Positions 18,827 through 27,694 of a stretch of 64,000 nt of DNA are shown in pieces (position 1 is the first letter of the stretch; each line of letters begins with the position of its first letter). The notes beneath the pieces were generated by a model. It did not search any database. It was not told the DNA's origin and was given only the letters and a program-made list of their open reading frames with translations. Made by a program: the position numbers and the translations under genes. The stretch comes from an uncultured Bacteroides sp. (GTDB taxonomy: Bacteria > Bacteroidota > Bacteroidia > Bacteroidales > GCA-2748055): contig CAZCQL010000007.1 in assembly GCA_964500835.1 (NCBI GenBank), forward strand, positions 31,871 to 95,870, given 5' to 3'.

Positions 18827-21800
18827 ATGAGAAACGTATTGTTTCCTATACTACTCATGCTTTTGCCCCAGCTGCAGGAGACGGTCTCCGGGCAAATTAC
18901 AGCTTCAATAATTGGTGACGGAAGCGAGGTCTGCCAGGGTGATTCGCTCGAGGCATTTCTCTATTTTTCAGGCGGTGTGGAGCCCTGGAGCGTAGTGATC
19001 AATGATAATGACGGCGAATACCTGATTCTCGATTCCATATTCTCTCCGCATACAATATGGCTAAATCCGGATGTGGATAATTCCTATTACATTGCATCGG
19101 TGAAGGATAGCACAGGCACACCGGGCAATCCCCTGGGGGAAGCCGCGATTACTGTTCGTCAGATAACTCCGGTAACCATTGTAGCGGACCGGACAGCTTT
19201 TCTACCCGACGAATCTGGTATTGAGCTGGTTTCCTCCCCAGCAGGAGGGGCATTCTCCGGACCTGGAGTTGCTGGTAATGTTTTCTATCCCAGCATAGCT
19301 ACTTCAGACGGTTCACCGCATACCATTAGTTGCATCTATACCAATCAATTCGGTTGTATCAGTACCGATACTATCGATCTGCAAGTTCTTTCAAAGACTG
19401 CCAGTGTGTATATTGTTGCCGCTGGTGATACCATTAATGCCGTTTGTGATGATGGAGCGACCTATTACCTCAGAGGTTCCAATAAAGACAGCATACCAGG
19501 TTCCTTCGAACTCTTAGCGGCAGGGTCTGAGATTCCCATTCCGGGCCATATAACAGATGTAGACCCATTGGACAATGAAGCGACACTGGATCCTTTAGGA
19601 TTGTCTGGCGGGTACGATATTATCTATACATATGGTTTAGGAGAAGCTTCTGTTAGTTCCGCATACCGGTTCCTTGTAAATGATCTGGGAACCATTGGTA
19701 TTTCAACTCTTCCGGATACTGTCTGTAAAAATGCAATCCCAATCCTCCTGATTCCCGAATTAATAGGCAACGATCCGGAAGCCACATTCAGTTTAAGTGG
19801 CCTGGGTATCTCAGGAAATCAGAGCGATGGTTATTATTATAATCCATCTAATCAGGATGTTAGCGTTGGGAAAAATGAACTTACGCTGGATTACACCTCA
19901 TCTAATGGGTGCAAGGCTAAAAGTACCATCCAGGTCTACAATAGTTTCATTCCCACAGTCAATTTCACCGTTGATGCAGTGTGCCTGCCCATTAGCGGCG
20001 GGACAGTTTCTTTTACCAACCTTACCAGCGGGAAGTTTTCCGTTGAAAGGTGGGACTGGGATTTTGGGAATCCGGAAAGTGGATCAAATAATTCCAGTAC
20101 GCTGGAACATCCGGATCACTTTTACGCTGATCCGGGTTATCGTGAAATTTTTCTGACAGCTACCACATACGATGGATGTAGCACAAGCAATTCGCTGGAC
20201 ACGATCCTTGCCGATCAACCCGTAGCAGATTTCACCTGGCTTAATGATTGTTTTATCAGAAGCAAACGCACGGCAGTATTAGATAGGTCCGTTTCCACTT
20301 TTGCTGAAATTGACACCCTTATATGGACTTTCAAAACCAATAAGGGGGGTGTCCTGGGAGTTATTGGGAGCGGAGAACAGGGTGATACAATTGAGTTTCC
20401 GTTTACGTCAATTGACCAATATTTTGTTGAACTTCATGTGGAGAATGAAGTGGGATGCCCAAGTGATACAGTCAGGGAAATTGTGCTTAAACCGACCATT
20501 AAACTCTCCCGAGCCGGGTATGAGGAGGATTTTGACGGAGAATCTGGAAACTGGCTTGTTGCTTCTGCTAATAAGCAGGAAAGCTGGACCCTGGGTGTTC
20601 CCGATTTTGAAGGTTTTACACAGAATCCGGGAGATCTTGCCTGGTACACCGACCTCCCCGGTCACACCGATGGCTACCTGGAACAATCGTGGGTTCAGAG
20701 CCCGTGTTTTGATTTCAAGGGTTTATCACAACCGCTTATTCAACTCGACCTGATGAAAAGTTTTGTACCCGGCACGGATGGTGCCGTACTGCAATACCAG
20801 GATTTGGTTAGTGAAGGGTGGAAAACGATCGGGAAGGTGGGAGAAGGATTGAACTGGTATAATGAATATGGGATTTACAATGAGCCTGGCGGAAATAGTT
20901 TTGGTTGGGGCCTTGCGCTGTTTGAACCTGACCAGAAATGGGTTAATGCGGGATATTCACTGGATATGTTGTTGGGAAAACAGCATGTAAAATTCAGATT
21001 GGCTGTTGCCACAGGTGGCGCTCAGGAGATTGAGTCAGGACGGTTTAACCACGGATTTGCATTCGATAATTTTTTTATCGGCGACAGGCACCGGTATTCT
21101 GTCCTCGAACATTTTACAAATGCTTCTGATGAGGCCAGTAGTAAAGCAGATGAGGTAGTGGATGCATTTTCCACGGGGAATTCCGCAAACGTCGTTAATT
21201 TGCAATACCATCTGGATTACCCCGGTATTGATGCCATGAATATCAATAATCCTTATCCACCTTCCACCCGGTCGTTTTACTACGGGGTGCCTGATGTCCC
21301 GTATGCGGTGTTGAATGGGGGAATTGAATCGGGAACCCGGTATGACTTCTTGAATCCTTCAAACGAACCCAGCGATAACGCAGTAAAGAGGGCATCGCTT
21401 GAAATCCCTCTATTCAGCGTAGTACTGCAGGTAGAATATCTGGAAAGCCAGCTGGAGGCCACAGTGAAGGTCACTTGCACCGCCGACACTTTTGCATCCA
21501 ATCTCCAACTTTATGTGGCTGTCATGGAGAGGGAAGTTACAGCCTATACAGGATTGAACCTGGATACGATGTTCAGGAATGTAGTTCTGGACATGCTCCC
21601 AACGGCAGCCGGAAAATTATTAGGCAGTGAGTGGTACAAAGGTAAATCTGAAACAAGAACATTCTCCTGGGATTATAAAGAATACGTGGAAGACATAGAA
21701 GATCTTTCAGTGGTGGCTTTTGTTCAGGATCGTGATCACGGGAATGTACTCCAGGCAGATGCAAAACCACATACACCAGGAGTTGGGATTACCCATAGGA

Positions 21801-22060
21801 TCGGTACACATAGGGCGTTTTCGGTTTATCCCAATCCGGCTGTTGATCACCTGTTCGTCAACTTTGGGCACGGCGCACGATTAACCGGCCAAATAATGAT
21901 TGTTGACCTATCCGGCAAGACGGCCATGCAGTCGGACATCTCGCGGGGATACAGCATTCAGCGCTTTGATATTTCCATGCTCTCAAGGGGGATGTATATG
22001 ATATACTGGATGGATAGCGGAGAGGTGATAGGGCGTAAAAAGCTAGTCTTTACCAGGTAA
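18827..22060 (+). CDS. Large multidomain T9SS cargo protein: Ig-like/Cys-paired N-terminal repeats, PKD domains, jelly-roll (MAM/ConA-like) domain, Cys-less thioredoxin-like/Omp28-like region, T9SS C-terminal sorting domain
   Basis: The signal peptide is MRNVLFPILLMLLPQLQETVSGQ. The PKD signature is WDWDFGNPESGSNNSSTLEHPDHFYADPGYREIFLTATTYDGC. The C-terminal sorting domain is FSVYPNPAVDHLFVNF...IVDLSGKTAM...FDISMLSRGMYMIYW...RKKLVFTR. The start is set at ATG 18827 (the ORF-track GTG at 18788 overlaps the previous gene). Confidence 0.75.
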   Translation: MRNVLFPILLMLLPQLQETVSGQITASIIGDGSEVCQGDSLEAFLYFSGGVEPWSVVINDNDGEYLILDSIFSPHTIWLNPDVDNSYYIASVKDSTGTPGNPLGEAAITVRQITPVTIVADRTAFLPDESGIELVSSPAGGAFSGPGVAGNVFYPSIATSDGSPHTISCIYTNQFGCISTDTIDLQVLSKTASVYIVAAGDTINAVCDDGATYYLRGSNKDSIPGSFELLAAGSEIPIPGHITDVDPLDNEATLDPLGLSGGYDIIYTYGLGEASVSSAYRFLVNDLGTIGISTLPDTVCKNAIPILLIPELIGNDPEATFSLSGLGISGNQSDGYYYNPSNQDVSVGKNELTLDYTSSNGCKAKSTIQVYNSFIPTVNFTVDAVCLPISGGTVSFTNLTSGKFSVERWDWDFGNPESGSNNSSTLEHPDHFYADPGYREIFLTATTYDGCSTSNSLDTILADQPVADFTWLNDCFIRSKRTAVLDRSVSTFAEIDTLIWTFKTNKGGVLGVIGSGEQGDTIEFPFTSIDQYFVELHVENEVGCPSDTVREIVLKPTIKLSRAGYEEDFDGESGNWLVASANKQESWTLGVPDFEGFTQNPGDLAWYTDLPGHTDGYLEQSWVQSPCFDFKGLSQPLIQLDLMKSFVPGTDGAVLQYQDLVSEGWKTIGKVGEGLNWYNEYGIYNEPGGNSFGWGLALFEPDQKWVNAGYSLDMLLGKQHVKFRLAVATGGAQEIESGRFNHGFAFDNFFIGDRHRYSVLEHFTNASDEASSKADEVVDAFSTGNSANVVNLQYHLDYPGIDAMNINNPYPPSTRSFYYGVPDVPYAVLNGGIESGTRYDFLNPSNEPSDNAVKRASLEIPLFSVVLQVEYLESQLEATVKVTCTADTFASNLQLYVAVMEREVTAYTGLNLDTMFRNVVLDMLPTAAGKLLGSEWYKGKSETRTFSWDYKEYVEDIEDLSVVAFVQDRDHGNVLQADAKPHTPGVGITHRIGTHRAFSVYPNPAVDHLFVNFGHGARLTGQIMIVDLSGKTAMQSDISRGYSIQRFDISMLSRGMYMIYWMDSGEVIGRKKLVFTR

Positions 22061-22085
22061 TCCCGGATAATTCATTTGAGCCAAT

Positions 22086-25000
22086 ATGATCGCTATGAAC
22101 AGGATCTTGATTTCTGCCATACTAATTTCCGCACTTCTTTTTCAGGGTACAACCTTTGGTCAGGATGTGGAATCCAGTAAAGGTCCAGGGGATCCGACTG
22201 CAACTATTCTGGGTAGCGAGACAAATGTTTGCCTTGGTGATTCGGTAGAAGCGTACCTTTTTTTTACCGGCGATGGTCCCTGGAATGCTATTATCAACAA
22301 TAACAGCGGAGTATATCTAACACTTAAAGAGGTTGGAACTCCATATACAATTTGGCTTAAGCCGGAATTTGACGACCGGTATTATATTGCTCGTGTTGAA
22401 GATAGAAGAAGGAGGAGAGGGAAGACTAATGGCGAGGTTGAAGTTTACGTCTTTCAACCTACACCGGTTTCCATCCAACTCGAAAGGACTGCCTATTTCC
22501 AAAGTGAACCCGGTGTAAACCTGGTGGCAGTACCTGAAGGTGGTATGTTTTCTGGAAATGGGGTGGCAGGCAATATATTTTATCCCTTTATTGCCACACC
22601 TGACGGATCTCCGCACACAATTACCTACACCTATACAAATCAACATGGTTGTCATAGTACCGATGAAGCAGATATCCAGGTCCTTTATGGAGAGGGAGAG
22701 GTTTACCTCTTATCAGATGATGAGCCTGTCAGTTCAATCTGCGATGATGGAGAGACCTATGTGATCCTGGGATCGAACCTGGATGGCATTCCGGGTCTGT
22801 TTGAACTGAGGGAAGCAGGTTCCCCGGATCCTGTTTCAGGTCATATAGCTGATAAGGATCCTGAGGATGACATGGCAACACTCGATCCCACAGGATTGGC
22901 CGGACTGTACGACATTATCTATTCATATGAATTTGATGGTCTTAGGGCTGAGGTGACGTATCGATTCCAGGTGAACGATCTGGGTATCACAGGAATTGCC
23001 GACCTGCCGGATACTGTTTGCAAGAGCAGTAATCCTTATCCCCTGGTACCTGAAATGCTTGAAAATGATCCGGGAGCCATTTACTTTTTTATTGGTCCTG
23101 GTGTATCGGGGAACCAGACAGATGGGTACTATTTTAATCCGGCTGATCCGGATGTCCCAATTGGAGAGATTGAAATTCTTCTGGAATATACCTCCTCGGG
23201 GGGCTGCTCTTCCAGCATAACAATCAAAGTAACCAATCTAGCCGTGCCTGATGTAGATTTTACCCTTACACCCGTGTGCTTACCGGAGGAGGGAGGTGTG
23301 GTTACTTTCAAAAATCTTACCACGGGAAAGCACATGGTGGATGCCTGGAGCTGGGACTTTGGAGATCCTTTAAGCGGTGAAAATAATTATAGCTCAAAAG
23401 AAAATCCGGGGCATTATTATGAGGAAGCCGGGCGCTACCAAATTAGTCTTACCGCCACTACTTTTGGAGGGTGCAAGGTTCTCTATCCATTAGATACTGT
23501 CCTGACAGATCAACCAGATGCAGATTTTACCTGGTTAAGTGATTGTTTTATCGATGGAGAAAAAGTCAGGTTTGTGGACAAATCCCTCTCCTCCTTCTCC
23601 ACCATGGATACATTGATCTGGACGTTCATGACTGAGGATGAATCGGTGCTTGGCATCACAGGAAAGAACTCTACTACGGATACAGTAGAATTTCTGTTTA
23701 CTAGCCTGGATACCTACCGGGTCAATTATTTGGTCCGTAATCATGTGGGATGTGAGGGTGATTCGACAAAAGAAATCATCTTAAAACCTATAAGCTTATT
23801 GACTGATTCAGGCTATGAGGATGATTTTAACGGAGAGAAAAGTGACTGGTTTACAGGATCCGATGGTCCAAATTTAAGCTGGATTCGGGAGGAGCCTGAC
23901 TTCGCAGGATTTCGTCAGGAAGCTGGTGATCTGGCTTGGTTTACTGCCCTTCCGTCTAATAATCCCGGGTATTTGGAAAATTCCTGGGTAGAGAGTCAAT
24001 GCTTTGATTTCAGCACCAGAAATTATCCATTCCTTACGATGGATCTCATGAAGAGTTTCACACCGGGCATTGACGGTGCGGTTCTTCAGTATCAGGATCT
24101 TGTGAGCGATGGATGGAAGACCCTTGGGAATCCCGGAGAGGGAACAGGGTGGTATAATGTGACGGAGATCTTTAATAGACCCGGAGGAAGCAACTACGGA
24201 TGGGGATTAAACCTCTTTAATCCGAATACCGAATGGGTAAATGCGAGTCATCATCTGGATGTGGTTACCGGTCATCCCCATGTAAAATTCAGAATAGCCA
24301 TTGCTACCGAAGGAGCCCATGAAATAGACTCGGGGCGCTATAACCACGGATTTGCTTTTGACAACATATTCATTGGCGAACGCGTGAAAATATCCCTGCT
24401 GGAGTATTTCACGAACTCTTCGACCATGGAGTCCAAAGTGGCCGATGATGTGGTTGATATACTTGCCATGAATCATTCAGGGAACCTGCTGGACCTGCAA
24501 TTTCATATGGATTATCCGGGAGTAGATCCCATGAATGTAAATAATCCTTACCCTCCCTCAACAAGATCTTTTAAATATGGAATTCAGGGTGTCCCGTCTG
24601 CAGTGTTGAACGGTGGAACCAGCTCTGACCACCGGTTCGATTTTTCAGATCCTTTCAACGAACCAAATGAAGAGATATTGCAGCAAGCTTCCCTTGAGAT
24701 TCCTCTGTTTGACGTGGACCTGGAGGTGGATTGGATGGAAGACAGACTTGAAGCAAATGTGATAGTTACCTGCAAGTCAGACACATTTAACTCGAATCTT
24801 CAACTTTATGTTGCAGTCATTGAAACTGCCGTATCTGCTTATACGGGACTTAACCAGGATACCCTGTTCAGGAATGTAGTCCTGGATATACTTCCTACAC
24901 CAGCCGGGAAACTTCTTGGAAATGTTTGGTTCAGTGGAAGGACCGATACAAGGACGTATTCCTGGAATTATAAGAATTGGGTGGAGGATATTGAAGATTT

Positions 25001-25355
25001 AGGAGTGGTTGCCTTCGTACAGGACAGGGATAATGGCCAAGTGTTGCAGGCAGCGTCCGAAACCCTGACACCTCAGGTGGGTTTGCTGCAACTGCCTAAG
25101 GAGCCCCCGAGGTTAACTATCTACCCCAATCCTGCAGTTGACAGGTTCTATGTGAATCTGGGAAGCCATGATATTGGCTACGGAGTTATACACATCATGG
25201 ATCTTTCAGGAAAACTTGTCAGCACTGTTGGAGTACGGCCTGGATTTAGCCTGTATCAATTGGATATTTCAACTATCCCGAGAGGAATGTACATGGTGTA
25301 CTGGCTTGAAGAAAGAGAAGTTAAAGGGCGTAATAAGCTGGTAATTACTCAATAA
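22086..25355 (+). CDS. Tandem paralog of the preceding T9SS cargo protein, with the same domain order
   Basis: It aligns colinearly by eye with the 18827-22060 product over the full length, e.g. QLYVAVIETAVSAYTGLNQDTLFRNVVLDILPTPAGKLLG vs QLYVAVMEREVTAYTGLNLDTMFRNVVLDMLPTAAGKLLG. The PKD signature is WSWDFGDPLSGENNYSSKENPGHYYEEAGRYQISLTATTFGGC. The T9SS CTD is LTIYPNPAVDRFYVNL...IMDLSGKLV...LDISTIPRGMYMVYW...RNKLVITQ. Confidence 0.75.
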   Translation: MIAMNRILISAILISALLFQGTTFGQDVESSKGPGDPTATILGSETNVCLGDSVEAYLFFTGDGPWNAIINNNSGVYLTLKEVGTPYTIWLKPEFDDRYYIARVEDRRRRRGKTNGEVEVYVFQPTPVSIQLERTAYFQSEPGVNLVAVPEGGMFSGNGVAGNIFYPFIATPDGSPHTITYTYTNQHGCHSTDEADIQVLYGEGEVYLLSDDEPVSSICDDGETYVILGSNLDGIPGLFELREAGSPDPVSGHIADKDPEDDMATLDPTGLAGLYDIIYSYEFDGLRAEVTYRFQVNDLGITGIADLPDTVCKSSNPYPLVPEMLENDPGAIYFFIGPGVSGNQTDGYYFNPADPDVPIGEIEILLEYTSSGGCSSSITIKVTNLAVPDVDFTLTPVCLPEEGGVVTFKNLTTGKHMVDAWSWDFGDPLSGENNYSSKENPGHYYEEAGRYQISLTATTFGGCKVLYPLDTVLTDQPDADFTWLSDCFIDGEKVRFVDKSLSSFSTMDTLIWTFMTEDESVLGITGKNSTTDTVEFLFTSLDTYRVNYLVRNHVGCEGDSTKEIILKPISLLTDSGYEDDFNGEKSDWFTGSDGPNLSWIREEPDFAGFRQEAGDLAWFTALPSNNPGYLENSWVESQCFDFSTRNYPFLTMDLMKSFTPGIDGAVLQYQDLVSDGWKTLGNPGEGTGWYNVTEIFNRPGGSNYGWGLNLFNPNTEWVNASHHLDVVTGHPHVKFRIAIATEGAHEIDSGRYNHGFAFDNIFIGERVKISLLEYFTNSSTMESKVADDVVDILAMNHSGNLLDLQFHMDYPGVDPMNVNNPYPPSTRSFKYGIQGVPSAVLNGGTSSDHRFDFSDPFNEPNEEILQQASLEIPLFDVDLEVDWMEDRLEANVIVTCKSDTFNSNLQLYVAVIETAVSAYTGLNQDTLFRNVVLDILPTPAGKLLGNVWFSGRTDTRTYSWNYKNWVEDIEDLGVVAFVQDRDNGQVLQAASETLTPQVGLLQLPKEPPRLTIYPNPAVDRFYVNLGSHDIGYGVIHIMDLSGKLVSTVGVRPGFSLYQLDISTIPRGMYMVYWLEEREVKGRNKLVITQ

Positions 25356-25410
25356 GCTGGTATTACACAGAAGCTGGGTTTTAGATGAGAAACATGAAAT
25401 TTCTTTGTGC

Positions 25411-26619
25411 TCAGGCCTCGGTTTGGAGGGCCATTTCTATCTCCCGGGCCAGTGCGATTAGCTGGTTCGATTCCTCCTCGTTTGGATAAAACCTTGCTGA
25501 TATTCCCTCCCTCACCACCTTCAATTTAAGATTATTCAGGTGCTCCTCGATAAGCTTCACTGCTTCTCCACTCCATCCGAATGATCCAAACACGGCTGCC
25601 GGCTTTCCCTTATCCCGGATTGGGTTAATGACAGAAAAAAGCTTATAGATTGGAAGGAGTGTATTTTGGTTGATGGTTGGCGATCCGATAATAATGCCAT
25701 CGGCCCTGGCTACATGCTCTTCAAGGTCACCGAGTAATATATTCTCAATATCCAATAGGTCAACCGTGACGTTACTGGTGTGTTTCAGACTTTCAGCCAC
25801 CTGAATTGCCATCTCCTTTGTGAATCCATAGGCAGAGACAAAGGCCACTAATACCCTGTTGTCCTTCCGGGTATCGTTCAGGTATTGCATCGCAAGTTTC
25901 TCTGATCGATCTATTTTCGCCTGCCAGGTTGAACGCAAAATGGGTCCATGTCCGGGACAAATTGTATCGATCGGCAAAGACTTTATTTTTTCGATTGCCC
26001 TAAGCATAAACTTGCTGTATGGTTTCATGATCACATCAAAATAGTAATCAAATGCCTCTGAATAATCTTCAATGAGGTCATCTATCATACGTGCATCCGC
26101 GTAGTGGGCCCCGAATGAATCGCAGGTAAAGAGCAATCCGTCCTCTTCAAGGTACGAATAGATTGTATCGGGCCAGTGAAGGTTTGGTGCACCGATGATT
26201 CTAAGTTTTCTGTCACCCAGATCAATGACATCACCATCTTTCACTCTTTGAGAATTAAAGGTTCTACCCATCATTTCCCCCAGGTAGGATAATGCTTGGC
26301 CGCTTCCTACTACCGTAGCTTTTGGGGCCAGTTCAAGCAGATGACCCAGGGAGCCCGAATGATCTGGTTCGGTATGATTGCAGATAATGTACTCTATCTC
26401 AGCGGGATCGGTTTGTGAAAGTAGTTTCTCTTTATATTCAGGCCAGAAGGCCTCCTTCACAGTATCAATAACTGCTTTCTTCCGGCTGTGAATTAAATAT
26501 GAATTGTATGTGGTTCCATACCTTGTCTCCATCACAATGTCGAAGGTGACCAGGTCATAGTCTACCACACCAATCCAGCTGACGTTTTCCGATACTTTCA
26601 GCACGTGTGTATTATCCAT
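25411..26619 (-). CDS. Flavodiiron protein (FprA family; metallo-beta-lactamase-like diiron domain + flavodoxin domain), an O2/NO reductase
   Basis: 402-aa ORF. The diiron ligand motif CNHTEPDHSGSL lies in the N-terminal lactamase-like domain. The C-terminal flavodoxin-like domain carries VLVAFVSAYGFTKEMA and GSPTINQNT. Length and order are typical of class A FDPs. Confidence 0.85.
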   Translation of the reverse strand: MDNTHVLKVSENVSWIGVVDYDLVTFDIVMETRYGTTYNSYLIHSRKKAVIDTVKEAFWPEYKEKLLSQTDPAEIEYIICNHTEPDHSGSLGHLLELAPKATVVGSGQALSYLGEMMGRTFNSQRVKDGDVIDLGDRKLRIIGAPNLHWPDTIYSYLEEDGLLFTCDSFGAHYADARMIDDLIEDYSEAFDYYFDVIMKPYSKFMLRAIEKIKSLPIDTICPGHGPILRSTWQAKIDRSEKLAMQYLNDTRKDNRVLVAFVSAYGFTKEMAIQVAESLKHTSNVTVDLLDIENILLGDLEEHVARADGIIIGSPTINQNTLLPIYKLFSVINPIRDKGKPAAVFGSFGWSGEAVKLIEEHLNNLKLKVVREGISARFYPNEEESNQLIALAREIEMALQTEA

Positions 26620-26647
26620 TTATGAACCTGTATTAGGCTGCAAATAT

Positions 26648-26683
26648 AAAAAAAAGCTGCTCCGCCGAGGCGAAACAGCTCTT
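26648..26683 (-). terminator. Rho-independent terminator downstream of the small secreted-protein gene
   Basis: The minus strand reads GAGCTGTTTCGCCTCGGCGGAGCAGCTTTTTTTT. The nested GC-rich stem (AGCTG/CAGCT outer, CGCC/GGCG inner) is followed by a T8 run. Confidence 0.6.
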
Positions 26684-26720
26684 GAAAACTCACAATCTGA
26701 ATGTAACGGACCTTAAATTT

Positions 26721-26951
26721 TTAGGATTTTTTACCCTCGCATTTTTTTGAACAGTCGCCACCACTTTTTTCTGATGTAGTGCATTCGCTGCTCTTTTTAG
26801 TTGTTTCTGATTTCTTTTCAGTCTCGGCTTTCTTAGGATCTTCTTCCTGGAGAGCTACTACCGTTAGGGCATTGCTATTTACAGCAATTGCAGGGGCACT
26901 AATACCTCCTACAAAAAGGGCAAGTGCCAAAGTGATTAATACTTTTTTCAT
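26721..26951 (-). CDS. Small secreted Lys/Glu/Ser-rich protein with a C-terminal three-Cys cluster, function unknown
   Basis: 76-aa ORF. The signal peptide is MKKVLITLALALFVGGISAPAIA. The mature part is low complexity (EEDPKKAETEKKSETTKKSSE) and ends in CTTSEKSGGDCSKKCEGKKS. It has its own terminator and an A-rich leader directly upstream of the ATG. Confidence 0.5.
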   Translation of the reverse strand: MKKVLITLALALFVGGISAPAIAVNSNALTVVALQEEDPKKAETEKKSETTKKSSECTTSEKSGGDCSKKCEGKKS

Positions 26952-27020
26952 ATTTTTTTTTGTTTCTTATGCAAGTGCAATATACCGGAAGAATACACAT
27001 ATTGCTGTTAACAGGATGTT

Positions 27021-27043
27021 AAAAAAGACTCGCAAGTCTTTTA
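27021..27043 (-). terminator. Rho-independent terminator at the end of the ftsH-cdsA-psd gene string
   Basis: The minus strand reads TAAAAGACTTGCGAGTCTTTTTTAAC. The stem AAGACT/AGTCTT with loop TGCG starts inside the psd stop codon and is followed by a T-run. Confidence 0.6.
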
Positions 27044-27694
27044 TTTGAGAAGAGCCACAGGTGATATGCTGCCCGTAACTTTCTGATTAATTTTCACTCT
27101 GATATCGGCATCGAGCGGCAAGAATAAATCCAGCCGGGACCCGAATTTTATAAAGCCCATTTCTTTGCCCTGGTTCGCCACGCCATTTTCTGTGGCGTAG
27201 CATCTGATCCTTCGGGCAACGTAGCCCGCCACTTGCCTAACGAGTATAGGGCCGCAGGGTGTCTCAATGCCCAAAGAATATCTTTCATTACGTGACGATG
27301 ATTTGGGATGTCTTGCCAGAAGGTATTGGCCAGGATGGTATTTTAGGTAACCAATTTTACCACTTGCAGGGTAATAGTTAATATGTACGTCGTGGATACT
27401 CATAAAGATAGATACCTGGATACAAGGTCCTTCAATGTATTCTTCCTGTTCGACTTTTTCTATGGCTACGACTTTGCCATCGGCTGGTGCAATAATGTAA
27501 TTTTCATCCAAAAAAGGCCGCCTGCGAGGTATACGGAAAAATCTCAAAACCAAAATCAGTATACCCATCGAAATGAGAGAGGTGAAATAATTCGCCTGAT
27601 AGGGCAATAAGAGGGCTGAAACTGCAACCAGGGAAAGGAGGCCCGTTGCGGTTATGGCAACAATGCCCTTGCCTTCCCGGTGAATTTTTATCAT
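27041..27694 (-). CDS. psd: Phosphatidylserine decarboxylase (short Bacteroidota type)
   Basis: 217-aa ORF with N-terminal TM segments. The pyruvoyl-forming region is GFIKFGSRLDLFLP (GS motif). It lies immediately downstream of cdsA. Confidence 0.8.
   Translation of the reverse strand: MIKIHREGKGIVAITATGLLSLVAVSALLLPYQANYFTSLISMGILILVLRFFRIPRRRPFLDENYIIAPADGKVVAIEKVEQEEYIEGPCIQVSIFMSIHDVHINYYPASGKIGYLKYHPGQYLLARHPKSSSRNERYSLGIETPCGPILVRQVAGYVARRIRCYATENGVANQGKEMGFIKFGSRLDLFLPLDADIRVKINQKVTGSISPVALLK

Noticed and set aside
25356-25410. Terminator between the convergent T9SS paralog 2 and the flavodiiron gene
   Set aside because: I found only a weak 5-bp stem (AGAAA/TTTCT) and a direct, not inverted, AAGCTGG repeat. 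That is not enough to call a terminator.
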